This document shows positions 1 through 14,430 of a stretch of 64,000 nt of DNA, piece by piece. Location: NCBI RefSeq assembly GCF_009914755.1, contig NC_060931.1. One strand, 5' to 3'. Position 1 is the first letter of the stretch. Each line of letters opens with the position of its first letter. A program made the position numbers and the translations under genes. A model generated the notes under the pieces. The model had not been told where the DNA came from and ran no database searches. It was given only the letters and a program-made list of their open reading frames with translations. Origin of the DNA: the human T2T-CHM13v2.0 reference genome, Homo sapiens.

Positions 1-1564
1 ATCATTAAAATGCTTCAAATGAAAGTGTCTTTAAGTGTTAAGTAGTTTAGCTTCCTGAAGGCTTGCTATTTATCACTAATGCTTCATCAAGAAAGGACTT
101 TTTTTATAACCTAGTTTTAGAATTCCATCAATAAGTAGAAAGCTTCACAATAGGTCCTTGAACCTCCATTCTCAATAATAAGTAACATTTATCTCTTTGT
201 TTTATACACATTATATGGAATTAGAGTCCCCTGTAGAGACATTAGATTAGAAATTATAAAACCAATGTGGCATGCAGTCATTGTCCTGATATTTTCAAAC
301 CAACAACAAAGAATGGAAAAAGGGGCAGGGGCAGCTGGGCCCTGACCTACCATGTGGGACCATATTATGCAGCAAGGTATCTCTGTAAGAGTCACTAACT
401 AGACTGCCTGTGTAAAGTTAGATAAGGGGTAAGCTTAGTGTTGAGAAAAATCTATAAATAATTATGCAGTTCACCAAGCAAGGTAACACTGCACCCTGTG
501 GGGTCTGAAGCAGATGACTCAGTATGTGAAGAAAAATATTTGTATTTAACTGGAATTTAATTTAGTTTCACATCCTCGCTATAGGTTAATCTTCCCTAAA
601 AGTAGGTCACTAAATTGGTAGTGTTTTGAAGTGTTAATTTCTTTTGCCATGTCTGCCATCCCTGTGGACAAACTTTTGTAGTTTATAATGTAAATCCACA
701 CTGATCCAGACTAATTTGAGGGGTTAATTCCATGGTGATCAATGAAATGGATAAAATGAAGACCACTGTTTAACTACTAACAAGAGGATTTTAAGTAAAG
801 GTCCTTCAAAACCTAATTTAATGAGAAGGGATTCATTTGTAATTAGCTCCATCATTTAAAAATATGTGCTGATAACTATTGCTAAACAAACATTACCCAA
901 AGTTAAATATACTTGCTCACTTCTCAATTTATTTCATCAAAATTTTGTTTTTTCTTTATATATATTGTCCAGGCAATCTCCAGATCAACTCAGATCCAAT
1001 GTTCATCACTCGTAACTCACAAATGGCTTTGTAGTACACAGTGGATGACAGGCATTTTATTGTATCTCATAAGCAGACATCATAATGCAGAATCAACCAG
1101 AGCTTCCTGAAGGCTTGAAAGGAACATCAATTTATGCATTCTTCAGAAGAGAAATCTTCACTGATATTTTTATTGTTACCTCATTAATTTCCCCTAGTTT
1201 TCCTAGCAGTGTCTAAGTATTCAGCCAGGTAACAATATAAGAAGTTCTGATGGTTAGTGGAGATGTTTCTAATCTCACTGGCAAATGTACTCTGAAACAC
1301 TTGAGCTCGTAAATTAACTTGATAACTCATGCTTTAGAAGAGTCAGTAAATATCTCAGTTCGTTTTGGCAATCTAAGGAGGTTTTTTAATAAACTGGAAA
1401 AGGTTAAGAGATGCAGTTCAGGTTATTGGGACAATAATTGACAGGCACTAACCTTACCCAAGGAAAAGCTTTTCTTCCCTAGAATCTTAAGACAAGTACA
1501 TGATTCATTCTGCATCATTAGCCTGTGAATCTATGGCACAAAACAAGCTTGGAGGGTAGACAGA

Positions 1565-1760
1565 AATAGTGTTTATTGAACAACTATTATGTAGCCAGCA
1601 ACTGATAGGAACTTTACTCTGGTAGTCTTATTTTGTACTCACAAAGATCCTTCAAGATAGTAGTGTCAACTTACCAACTTCATTCAACAAAGGCACCAAA
1701 ACTCAGAGAAAGAGAAATCTACTTGACTCTAGTGAGAAGAGATTTTGAAGCCACGCTCTT
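1565..1760 (-). mobile_element. Degenerate MIR
   Basis: tttattgaacaactattatgtagccagc...actcagaga resembles antisense MIR. Confidence 0.45.
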
Positions 1761-2738
1761 TACACGGTGCAGCCTCCAACTTAATGGGCATTAACCATTC
1801 ATGGTTGGAATTCTTCAAAATCTGTTTTTAGGAGTTAACGTGCCCTTTGGTTAATGGACCAAAGAGGGAGAAAGATTGTTATACAGGATGTGTTGAGATG
1901 ATAACTGACCCTTCATGTATCCTTCAAGGTAAGTTCTAGTAGGTTCTGTTTTGAATTACCGTCATTTGATGTATGATTATCATGGGCATCAAGGAAAAAT
2001 TATACTATTTAAATAAAAATTTGAAGCTCAGGTTCTTTTGTATTATCTTCATCATGAACAGTATGGTTATAGGTGTGCCTATGCTATATATAGTGTGGGT
2101 GTGTGCCTGTGCGTGCATCAGTCTAGGGAAAACTCTAAAAAAAATTGTGTCTATATAATTAATAAACACACTTAAGACCAGTTAGGCAGAAGAATTTCGT
2201 AACTGCAGATCTACCACTTAATTAGCTTGGATCCAACAGAAAGCCGAATCAGCAGTCATAGAATTAACACCACAGAGTTAACTTGCTCAATCCTGATCAA
2301 AGAATAGTCTAACTTACATATCAAGTAACTGAGTGTTTTAATTATATTTTTTAAAAGGTGTTTTATGTTACCAAATGCCTCTTCCTTTTTTAAAACATTG
2401 ACATTTAGGTACAATTTAAATGTATGGTCTAACAAAATGCACCTCTGAATTGATAAGATTAGTCCATGGAGAAGTGCTGTGAACATCTATATTGCTCACA
2501 ATCATATGTAACCCAGTGGTTGACTGCTTGGGTGTACCCAAGTCTCAGGCCTCCAGCACTCTGAAATACTCTTTTGCTGAGATCCTCAAATAAAAGTGGT
2601 TTTAGTCAGCTTACCAGAGAGGAAACTTTGGTGTTCCTATAAATATGGGAATTCTCTCTGAGCTTAAATGTTTCACCTTAAATTTCAGCTTTCCTGAGTT
2701 GTCCATTTCTGCTCCATGTCTCACTTCTTGCCATTCCT

Positions 2739-2792
2739 ATATTATATTATATTATATTATATTATATATTATATTATATGAAATATATATAT
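2739..2792. repeat. (TATAT)n simple repeat
   Basis: tatattatattatattatatt... Confidence 0.9.
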
Positions 2793-4209
2793 CCATGCCA
2801 TTCCTATTTTATATTTTATTATTCCATCAGTGAAATCACTTACTTAATAAAATTCTGCCAGAAAAAGGTGGTAAAACTTATGTATAATTTACATATGACA
2901 ATGGTATTGTGGTTTTAGTTTGTCCTTAAGTCCTTGTATTTTAAGGAGAGATACAAATATCTATGGATAAAATGGTATGATGTTGGCGTTCACTTCAAAA
3001 TAGTAGAAAGCAGACAGGCAGCAGGAGATGAGGCGTCGCTTATAAAATAAAAATGACTATGGGTTAATTGTTTAAGTCTGATGCTAACTTAATTATATGA
3101 ATCTCACATTTGTATATTATTGAAAATTCCAGGATAGAATGTTTTTGAGTGTCGAAACAATATATGTTAGAAATATAGTTTCCTGACTGTATAGTGTACA
3201 TCAAAATATTTTTAAATTGCAATTAAAAAAAGGTGATGTCTGTACCAAACTCTGAAAGTCTGACAACAAAGACCAGGTTTATTTTTTTTGTGACTACATA
3301 ATAAATGATATCTAGCTGAAGATGAGCTACCTTGTTCCTCCATGTCCCCTACCCTTCTCCCTCACAGAAATTCTCCCTAAGCCTCTCTTCTTGTCCTTCT
3401 ATTCACTTACACTCTTCACTTATTCTTCCTTACTCTGTGTTTTCTCTGGGTTCTACCAACTCCTCTCTCAGCAGCCAACCTACAAAACTATTTTTAACAT
3501 ACAATAATTAAACTTCATTTCATTTTCTCTCTTGCTAATTGAGAGACAGCCTGAGAACCATCTTTCCCCACACAAAGTAACCTTGAAATTCCTTTTAAGG
3601 AGTTCATTTTTAGGAAATTTCTCCTCAAATGTAAATCAACCCTTACTGTGCTATATGCTCTTTGCTTTATTTATTAAATAGTTGTATATTCGCAAACATC
3701 TTAGTCTTTTCATATATTCCTTAATTTATACTATTCATATAGCAGAGAATCAATCTGTAAGGAATGAATAGTATTGTTTTTATTTAATTTTTTAAATGTA
3801 TAGAATCATTTCATTCGCTAAAAAAAGTATATAAAAAGATGCACATTTAAATATATAAAAGAATATACAAGGTATATATCATCAAAGAAACTACTGTTTT
3901 TAATTATTCCTGAATTGAGGAATAATCACATAGCAAGATAATATATTATAAAGTCCTCATCTCTTAATGTTTAAATCAGAAAAAAATTACATTAAGTTGT
4001 TTTTTTGCCGTTTTATTCCCCCAATCTGCCTCCAAATCCTTGAGATCTCACAACTACACAAGTTTCAATCTACTAGAAAACTTTCTTTTTTTCTTTTTGT
4101 AGTTAACTTTTACTCTCTGTGGCAATGTTTTGTGCTGTGCAGAAATTTTCATAGCTGCCATATTAAAAGTCATTTCTTATCAATTCAACAAACAATTGTT
4201 GAGTTCTTC

Positions 4210-4293
4210 TATATATATAAAAAATAACATACTGATATACATATCATATATATGATATATATATAACATAACTGATATATATATATAACATAA

Positions 4294-4326
<33 letters not shown>
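4210..4326. repeat. Compound (TA)n microsatellite
   Basis: TA runs interrupted three times by ataacata(a)ctgatat. Confidence 0.9.
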
Positions 4327-4331
<5 letters not shown>

Positions 4332-7260
4332 TTGTTGACAATACTGATGTATCATTTCTTTCCTCTGTATCCCTAAGGATCCCCTGGCAGAGCCCCATCT
4401 CTTTCTAAAGGTGCATGGCTATAAAATACAACTTCAGCTTCCCTGCAGCTTCTATAGATGAGATCAAGAAGATGCAGTTGATTCCTTCCATAATTACTTG
4501 GTGCATAAAACCTTTGACTTTTTTTGAATCCGCATATCTCAGAGAAGTACACCATTTACTTCTGGAGAGCTATTTACTTATTTTAGTCTTGGACAAGAGT
4601 TTTATACTGCTTCTAATAAAAGAGCAAAATGTGTTCATTAAAAGATCCCTAAACCCAAATGCATACTTATGCAATAAATTATTGCTTGGTTTAAATGCAG
4701 GAGCGTGACATCCTTGAAAAGGCTAAATGTAGACAGGACTGTCAGTTTTAGAAGCTACAAACAGCATCATAACTTTTGGAAAGGGTCAACAATGAATTTG
4801 CCTAAGTGATGTCATGTGTCCAATAAATACTGTCACTTGGTGAGTCTTGGAACACTTTTTTGCTGCAGTGTAAGGAAGTTTCTTTGTACCGTATGCACCT
4901 TAGTTGATTAGTTTTTAAATTCTCTACTGTAATTGATTGTTAAATGGGAAAATATGCCTAATCCCTTTTTCCTAGAAGCAAGTTCTTTTAAATAAATAGC
5001 ACATCATTTAGCTGGTTGGTTTGGAAAAAGACACAGGAACTATTTATTTGAGCCTTCCCAAATACAATAGGAACATTGTTTCCCATGGTTTTGCATTCTT
5101 TTCTAGTGCCTCTTACTCTGAAATTTCTAACTTAATGCAAAAGCTCATGTCACATGTTTCAGTCCTGAGGGAAATTACTGTGACCTGTTTTTATTTTTTA
5201 TTTTTATTTGTTACTTTCTTCAGGGAGTTAATTTTTCTCCACTTTCCCCTTCCCCAAATTGTTGTCTATTTCTTACCAGCCTCACTCCTCTAAATCCTCA
5301 TTCTGGCAGGAGCATGCCAGCTGTCTACTGAGGACACATCTAATCTTGGCCCTGTCATTTGGCCTTTTTAAAATGGCCCCAGTTAAAAGTGTTGTGTAAT
5401 AAAAATAAATAGGTTTGCCTCCCTAAGTGATATGACTCATCCTCATTAAAGCCACTGCTGCCTTAAAGGACACTGATTTTACCTTTCTCTTCAGAGGAGA
5501 AAAGCTTACACGTGTACTTCCCATTGGAGTTAAGGACAGAAGTTTCTTGTATTTTAGTTAATCTAGAATTACGGATCACATACTATATACGTGGATCATG
5601 AAAGTGTGACCAAAGTGCTTGTGCGGGGGGAGAAATATCCACTAACTATTTCATACTATCATATTTGTTTTTAATATCGACAGTCTAAAACCCACAAATC
5701 TTTCAAGTTTTTACATCTCAAGAATTCCTTCAGGTGTGCATTCTTGGTATTTACAATCCTGAACAGAATATATATTTTAGTTGTTTTTACTTCCCTGCAG
5801 TCAGGTTCTCCTCCTGCCCTACCTGCAGCCCCCTCACAGCTGCTACGTCTTCTTTGACAAAAAGTCCTAGGTGCTGGATACACTTCTGCATAGTTTTCTT
5901 TCTTTTTTTCTCACATGTCCAGATTTCTGTAAATAGCATAGGTTATACTTGAGTTTTTAAAAATTATAAATTATTAAGCATTAGTTTACAAATATTAAAT
6001 GGCTACCTTTATTAATTTATTCAGCACCTTATCAGAAAAATTTATTTTGTAAAGGAGTGACATCTGTACGAGTAGGTAAAGGTCCGTAAGACATTTCCTC
6101 TTGTTCGTCTGTTCTAAGTATTCCTATGACGTGTTATACAGTTTATCCTAGTAAACTTTCAAATACATTATGCATATATTGTACACAGATAAGCAAAAAG
6201 CAATGCTGAGTATTGATTAAAGTTGATACTACTAAGACAAATATGGCACTTTTATTTGAAAAAGCAGGTTTTTGTTTGTTTGTTTGTTTCACTTACCATA
6301 AGCAAAATCAACTTCTTATTATGTTTTTTTTTTGTTTGTTTTTGTTTTCCCCTGTTACTTCAGTAAATCCTCCCACTTTAAAACCATGAGTTCCTTAGCC
6401 AATGTTACATGGGCAAATAATTTGTCTAAACAGCATGCAGTAATCCTAGATTGTCATCTGCCAGTTCTTCCATGGCAGGGCTAAAAAGGGGAGCAAAAGC
6501 TGACTGGCCATTTGCACCAGTGGTGAAGTTCACACTCTTAGAAGGCAAAATCATAGGGTTTTTATTATGAACACAAGGGAGTAAAGAAAGTAAATAAAGA
6601 AAATTCTAAATTATAGCTTTATACATTAAAGGCCACAGTTCTTTACTAGAAAGGTTCCTTGTGGATCCATGATTCTCTCTGTCCATTTATTTGGCTCTTA
6701 GAAGCACTGTTCTTTTAAAATTGAAAACCAAAACAAAATTCAAGGTGAGCTGTTACTACATTTTTGCATAATAATGAGTACCTCACCAGGAAGAGAATTG
6801 GTCAAGCTTTTCAGTAGAGTTCCTCAAACTGGGTTCGCAGGATCTCTGGATAATTTGGAAGGACACAGGGCACACATTTTCAGGGTAAAAATGTCCACAA
6901 TAGTGTTTTAAATTTGTATTTTTTATTTTGATAATAATCTTTAAAAAATATTACCAGTTCTAAAAGTTCTGTTTTGCAGTATACAATTTAAATAAAAATG
7001 TATTCCATAGATTACAGGAGGTCTGTAAGAAGCTTATTCCCTCCTCCTCTTTAAAAAAGAGGTATATACATGAGTCAAGTTTGATACATGCTTTAGTCAA
7101 AGAAATAAACAAAATGGTCCTACTACCTCACAGAGCAGCAGAACAAAGACACATGGTAGGAACTCTCAAAGAAAAATTGCACCAAATACAGTCAAACGGG
7201 CAAGAAAGACTGTATGCAAAAATACTGCAGTAGAGGTCAGAGCTGCAAGAAAAGATACAA

Positions 7261-7405
7261 AGGTGAAACAAAGGCTGGAGACTTCTCTAATGTCCTCCAG
7301 TACTTTTTCACTAGCTCACCCCAGTGTTTAAAAAGTCTCCAGCCTTTGTTTCAGGTGAAACAAAGAAGTGAGCTAGTGAAAAAGTACTGGAGGACATTAG
7401 AGAAG
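7261..7405. repeat. Interleaved perfect inverted repeats (21 bp and 38 bp pairs)
   Basis: 7264-7284 is the reverse complement of 7333-7353; 7282-7319 is the reverse complement of 7368-7405. Confidence 0.95.
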
Positions 7406-7676
7406 AGGCTGCTCAGTGCAATCAGGCCATTCCTATTTGCTAATTGGCGATTGTCTAAGTTAGGCTCCTATCCTCCCAGAAAGACTGGGAGAAAAGGGTG
7501 CTATTTTTCTCGATAATTAATGTTTCAAAGAGATGGTTCCCAGGTCCTTGAGAAAGAGATTCCTGGGTTGTAAAACTGGCAAGAGCTGGGAGACTTACAT
7601 CTCAAAGACGCAGAGAAAGTGTTTACAATTGCAAGGTCTTAAAAGTAAACACTCTAAGAAAAGGGAGCTCGGGGGC

Positions 7677-7998
7677 TGTATTAGTCCATTTTCACCCTTC
7701 TGTAAAGAACTACTTGAGACCGGGTAATTTATAAAGAAAAGAGGTTTAATTGACTCACAGTTCCACATGGCTGAGGAGGCCTCAGAAAACTTACAATCAT
7801 GGCGGAAGGCTGAGGGGAAGCAAGGTATGTCTTACCTGCTGGCAGGAGAAAGAGAGAGATGGGGAAACTGCCACACATATTTAAACCATTAGCTGTCCTG
7901 AGAACTCACTCATTATCACAAGAACAGCATGGGGGATACTACCCGCAAGATCCAATCACCTCCCAACACGTCCCTCCTTCCACATGTGGGGATGACAA
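7677..7998 (-). mobile_element. MaLR solo LTR (MSTA/THE1-like), truncated
   Basis: tgtattagtccattttcac...gggtaatttataaagaaaagaggtttaattgactcacagttccacatggctg hallmark. Confidence 0.9.
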
Positions 7999-8046
7999 TG
8001 GGTTTATAGCGAGGAAAAATCCTATCTAAAATTTTACTAATGCTGA

Positions 8047-8430
<384 letters not shown>

Positions 8431-9184
8431 TGATATATCTTTGCTAAGGCATTTAAAAGCATGTTTGAATGAGTGAAGGGATGTATTAATTTATTAATTA
8501 AAGATTCCCTAGAAGCAGATGATACTGTTTATGAGGATTTATTCAGAATGGTTCTTTGCCTTTCTCTTTCCTTTCAATGAACTATGAGTTAGATGAGACA
8601 ATATTTGTGTTTTAGATGTTTTAAAATACCTAGCATTATATTTGTTATTCTCTTTAGTTCTTTAGTTCATTGAATTTCTGTAAATTTTGTTTTGAGATTG
8701 TCTCAAGTATGAATAATGACTGAGTTGGGAAATATATTTTTCTCACCAATATAACCCCATCAATATAACCCATGGATACACAATGCAACCCTTTGTTTTA
8801 AATAATTAGCTAGAAAATGTTTATGGAATAGCTACAAAATGTTTACAAACTGTTTCTCATGTTACAAAATGTTTCTCAGATCCCATGAAAAGTTCTGAGA
8901 CTAATAAATGATTTAAATTCTGAACACTTAGCCCAGTACCTTGCACAGTAAATACTATATAATGCATTTTCTTATGGAAAATACTAATTGAGCCTACTCT
9001 AGTCCCACTGCATCCTAATATTGAGATGAATAAGGCATAGTTTCTATCTATTAGCAGTTGACGGGATAGTACAGTGTAAAGGCAAATAAATAGACATTGT
9101 CATTAATGCATCACGAAAGGGCACAGAGGAACACATATCTCCCTGATTGTAACACCTGCATAGACTGTAGTTTATTGTGGTATT

Positions 9185-9785
9185 ATTCATTCATTCATTA
9201 ATCAAAAATATATTTATCGAAATTCAGCTATATGTCATTCTCCTTGGTGCTAGGGATTTGGCAATGAACAAGACAGGCAAGATTTCCTAGAGTTTACATT
9301 ATTGTGAGTGAAACAGAAAATCAACAACTAAATATGTAACATCCTGTTAGGAAATGGTAAGTGCAATGAAGAAATTAAAGCCTGGAAAAGAGAAAGAGAG
9401 CAGCAGCAAAGTCCTATTTTAGACGTGGTGGTTAGGGAAGGATTTTTAATGAGGCAAGTTTTTGGCAGGTATCAGAATGAAGTAAGGAAGGAAGTCATTC
9501 CAGTGTATAAAAAAACAGCACTCCAAGCTGGGCAGCAGCAAGTGCAAAGGTCCTGGGGCAAGAGCATAAATTTGGCTCCTGTCAAAATAGCAAGAAAGCC
9601 AGTGTGACTACAGCAGCGAGGGGCACAGGAAGACTGGGAGGAAATGAACAAGGAAAGTTAGCCAATGGACAGATTATATAAAAATCTTATTAAAACCATG
9701 GTAATGTCCCTCGGTTTTATTGTGGCATGATAGGATGCCAATAAGGAGTTTTGAGCAAGGATGCAATATGATATGTTTTTACTAA
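9185..9785 (-). mobile_element. L2 3' fragment
   Basis: cattcattcattcatt terminus followed by typical L2 text (gcaaaggtcctgggg, ggagttttgagcaagg). Confidence 0.75.
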
Positions 9786-10645
9786 ATTTAGATCTAGAAT
9801 GAAGCTGGTGGGTTAGATAGGGAAAGGTATCTGGAGATAGAGGAACCTGAACTTTATCTGGAAAGACACATAATGATTAGGTGAATAGGTTCATCTGGGC
9901 TTCAGGGAGTAGGGAATAGGGTATAAAATTGTGGCAGGTAGACGAAGCCGTGTATGAAGAGTTCGGAGATAGGAATGATTACAGTGCCATGGCAGGATTG
10001 TTTTACCCAGAGGACAGTACTGGAGGTAGAATGCCAAGGGTCCATAAGCTTTCAAAGGCTGGCTGACCTAAAACAAACAAACAAAAAACCTAGTTTTTTT
10101 TTTGTTCTAAAATATAAAAGGGAGAATTTTAAAATCAAATAAATGAGTAACTAATTATATTAAAATCTAGTTAAAAATGGAATGTAGGCTCCACAGAAGT
10201 AGAAATATTTTAGGTATTTTAGTACCTAAACTAGGGCCTTGCCTGTAGTAGCCACTTTTAAGTATTTAATGAATTAATGGATTTAATTCTATTAAAAGTG
10301 TTATTATGTCAACCAATCAACTACAATCTCATTCAAATATTATTTATAAATTATTAATGTGGTATATGAGTTTACTCTAATATATCTGATAAAATGTAGC
10401 TCTCCAAAAAGAATTGTGAGGGTATTTTAAAAGGGTCTGTGTCCTGGAAACCACCAAGTATTTGGAGGGTATGGTGTGAGTGGGTGAAATAGTAAGAAAT
10501 GAATTTGAGGTGTCAGCAGAAGACAGGCTGTGGGCGGCTTTGTGATGCCCTAAAGAGAAGCATCAGCTTCGCCCTGGAGGAAATATGGAGCTATTATACA
10601 ATATTAGGAATGGAAGTCAGAGTCACATATTAAAAGGGGCACTCT

Positions 10646-10983
10646 GGCCGGGCGCAGTGGCTCATGCCTGTAATCCCAGCACTTTGGGAGACTGAGGCTG
10701 GCAGATCACATGAGGTCAGGAGTTCAAGACAAGCCTGGCCAACATGGTGAGACCCCATCTCTACTAAAAATACAAAAATTAGCCGGGCATGGTGACATGC
10801 ACCTGTAATCCCAGCAACTTGGGAGGCTGAGGCAGGAGAATCGCTTGAACCTGGAGGCAGAGGTTGCAGTGAGCCGAGATCATACCATTGCCCTCCAGCC
10901 TGGGCAACAAGAGTGAAACTCCATCTCAAACAAAGAAAAAAAAAAAAAAAGAAACCACAGAAAAACAAAACAAAACAAAAAAA
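10646..10983 (+). mobile_element. AluS (Sq/Sp-like) with A-rich tail, within L2-like remnant
   Basis: ggccgggcgcagtggctca...gggcaacaagagtgaaactccatctc followed by A tail. Confidence 0.95.
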
Positions 10984-12071
10984 CATGGTGGGGTACTCTG
11001 ATTTTCACTTTGACGATAAATTTGATTGGGACAAGACTATAATAATTGACTGTAGACAAGATGGCAAGGCAGTTGTCATCATATGAGGGTAAAACAAAGA
11101 TGAATTGATCTATGAGGTAATGCCCATAGGGATAATGAGAAAGGAGGTGAGTTAAGTCTCTTGAGGAGATAATATTAATAGGAATTGATAGCTAATTGGT
11201 TGAAGTAGAGAAAGGAAAGCATTTCAAATGACTCTCAGGTTTGTAGCTGTATCATTAGGTGGATAGTAGCGCCTTTTTCAAAAAGGAGAAGTAATAGAGA
11301 AAATGTTTATCAAATTAATTAATCGATTGATTAATAAAATGAAGTTTCTAGCCCTTTGCCAAGATTTAGCAGCAATTAGGCCTTGGATAAATGACTTAAA
11401 TCTCACTTCCGGCATCTGTAAAACAAGGGCAATTATATCTATTCAGCCTGACACACAGGGCTGGTTTGAAAAACAAATGTGATAATGTATCTCCTAACTT
11501 TGAAAATATTTAACACTTTATATGTATCAAATATTACTTAAGTTATGAAGCATAATTTTAAAAATGAACCTTCTGGAACCTTCTGTAAATATTTTGAAAG
11601 GGTTATTACAAATGTTTTTAGGCAGTGTGCTTCTCTCCTTTCACATTTCATTCTCATGAAATTTTATGTTTGACGTTCTCTTACATTAAAAACTAGTTTT
11701 ATTTAAACATATATATATATTCCCTAACAAGATATGACAAAGTTTTTCTTGTTTTTGAGCTTTATTAAAGTTACATTTAGCCTTATGCATTTTATCTATT
11801 CAGTATTATGCTTTCATTACAGTCACAGAAGCATTGTGTACAAAAGCAAAAACAAGTAAATAAATAAAAAATAAAACTAGGAACAATCCAGATGTCTGCT
11901 TACAGGAGAATGACACCTAAATTGTGATACCGATATATTCTTCCACAGAAATATTATATAGCAGGAAAAATTACAGCTGAATATAGCAGTAAAGAATGTC
12001 AGTTACCCACTTTGAAAAACTGCAAGAAGGTATGCAACAATAGCAAATTAATACTCTCTAAATTCTATGCA

Positions 12072-12268
12072 GGCCAACATGGTGAAACCCCATCTATACT
12101 AAAAATGCAAAAATTAGGCAGGCGTAGTGGTGCATGCCTGTAGTCCCAGCTACTCAGGAGGCTGAGGCAGGAGAATCACTTGAACCCGGGAGGATGCAGT
12201 GAGCTGAGATCGCGACACTGCACTCCAGCCTGGGCAACTGAGACTCTGCCTAAAAAAAAAAAAAAAAA
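12072..12268 (+). mobile_element. 5'-truncated AluS
   Basis: Starts at ggccaacatggtgaaacccc; right monomer and poly(A) present. Confidence 0.92.
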
Positions 12269-13199
12269 GGAAATAAACGCTTACTGAGGACAGTCTTTCT
12301 TACTAAAACAGAATACCACACTTGATGAGAGAGGGTCAAGGCAACTATAAACCAGAAAGTAGATTTTTTAGTGAGAAGGATTCTACTTGGTTTCCTTGGG
12401 AGTTCTTCCTTTTACTCAATGTTTGCTTACTTAGTAACTTGGTTACCACAGCCACTAGCTGCGAGGGACTCTGTTTTCCTTCTTAGAGAAGGGATGTCTA
12501 AATAAATACTCTATACTTAGCAGGGTTTAGAAACTAGCTGACCTGTTTATTTTGTTCCACTCCAGGATGAAGGCCAATTCCATTAAAATATCATAATAAA
12601 ACATTACCCAACTCAAATCATGGGGGTTTTATTATTTCATTTCAATATGGGAGGGTGCTGCATTTTGTTGAAGTTTAAAAAAAAAAAAAAAACTACAAAT
12701 TTTCTACATTCCCTAAATAAGATCCAGAGCTGCAGAACTTTCTTTATTTATTTATTTTTTATGGTAAGACCTATAATTAGATCCTACTGTTGTAGTACTA
12801 ATTAATCCTATGAAAGGAATTAAGTTTTTAAAAAGCATACGTGTCTATGGCTAAGAATTATTCTATTTCATTGAAATCTTTTCCTTTCTGTATCCTCAAT
12901 GTTGAAGGAGTACAACATTGATTAATGCCAGCCCAAATCAACACAACTTCACTTCAACCAATATTCATTATAAAAAGGGAAAGTTTATTTCCTGGAAAGA
13001 CAAAGGAGGAAGGCTTGTTATACTTCCATCTCAATATAAACAGTATGTTCCTCATTTAAGACATAACTTTCATTTCACTAATATCACAACAGTGCTTCAT
13101 TTGTCATCTATGTATACATCTATACATATATAGCACATAATTATTGTATCACATAATTACAATTATTATGCTTCATTTAAATAAATATTTTATTTTGCT

Positions 13200-13440
13200 A
13201 GTAACCACTAATACTTCTATAACTTACACTTCATTAGGTACTATTCTAAGAGCTTTGCAGTTAAACTATGCAATCTGTCAAGTAGATACTCTCATTATGA
13301 ACATTTTGCAAATGAGAAAACTGAGGCCCAGAGAGATTACGTAATGTGATAGAAGTCACACAGTTCATAAGTAGGAGAGCTGACATTCAAATCCACAGAA
13401 CCTGGCTTGAGTGTCCATGCTCTCAAACCTTAATCTATAT
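13200..13440 (-). mobile_element. MIR
   Basis: Core attttgcaaatgagaaaactgaggcccagagaga...gtcacacag. Confidence 0.8.
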
Positions 13441-14430
13441 GGTCTGTACTAACTTGCTATATAAAATGAAGCTACTTAAAATATCAGCCTAGATAGTTAA
13501 ACTAGCAGCTCAGCCCAAAGGAGCTATTAATATTTTAAGTTTGGTTAGTTACTTTGAAAATTACTACTCAAAATATTTTGCCTTTATTAGAGAGATATAT
13601 TTGGTATTTGTCTTTTTCATTAGCACTGCTTATGAGACTGTGACCACTTCCAACATGAGGACCATTCCTAACTATTTCTGTTTTCTGGAACTTGGTGTCT
13701 TGCCTATCACACACTGAAAAAAAAAATTCCTGGAAAGATAAATGAAGGGATTGACTGATGGAACAAATTGGCAAATTAAAGGAAGTGTTGAGGTAAATGG
13801 ATGTTTTAGATGAAAATTTTGTTCTCAATAAATAATATTTTTCTCTGAATTAATGACACAGTCAGCTTAATCTATTTTATTGAATTATAAAATTAATCAT
13901 TAATTTAATTATCTTAGTCTATCATTTGTGCCCTTGTGTCATAAACTACCAGAGATTATTCCTGTGATTATTTTAAAAGGGTCAAAAAATTAAACTTGAA
14001 AATTTGAGTCCTTAGCATTTTGATAACAACATAATGTTGTCTAACATTGCTTTTCCAAACTTGTATTCAAAAATGAACATTTTCAGCAGGTATATACCAT
14101 ATTAAAATACTACAATATATTTTGAAATCTACTAAGTGGCTCCATTGAAAACCAGTTTGAAGGGTACAACATTTTCAAGTAAAGAAGTGTTTAAAACATT
14201 TGCTTAGAATTAGTGAAATAGAGCCAAATTTTAATCCTTACAATATTCTTAGAGAAAAGTATAAGTATTTGTAAGTTTCCTATGTTTATCATTGGTCTTG
14301 CCCCATTGGTGGGTCAAGAATTTGACTTCCCTCTCTCACATGTATTCCATACCATCACATATATGGAAAAACGTGAGACAGGTAAGTCAGATTCTTGACC
14401 CACCAATCTCCATATAAAAAAGCTGGGCCA

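Noticed and set aside
7261-7405. Inverted repeat as a miRNA precursor, MITE or CRISPR-like array
   Set aside because: Arms are interleaved rather than nested, with no TSD or repeat-spacer periodicity; the 38-bp stem has a 48-nt loop, atypical for a pre-miRNA.
7214-7516. 100-aa ORF across the inverted repeat
   Set aside because: No recognisable homology or gene context; length is compatible with chance.
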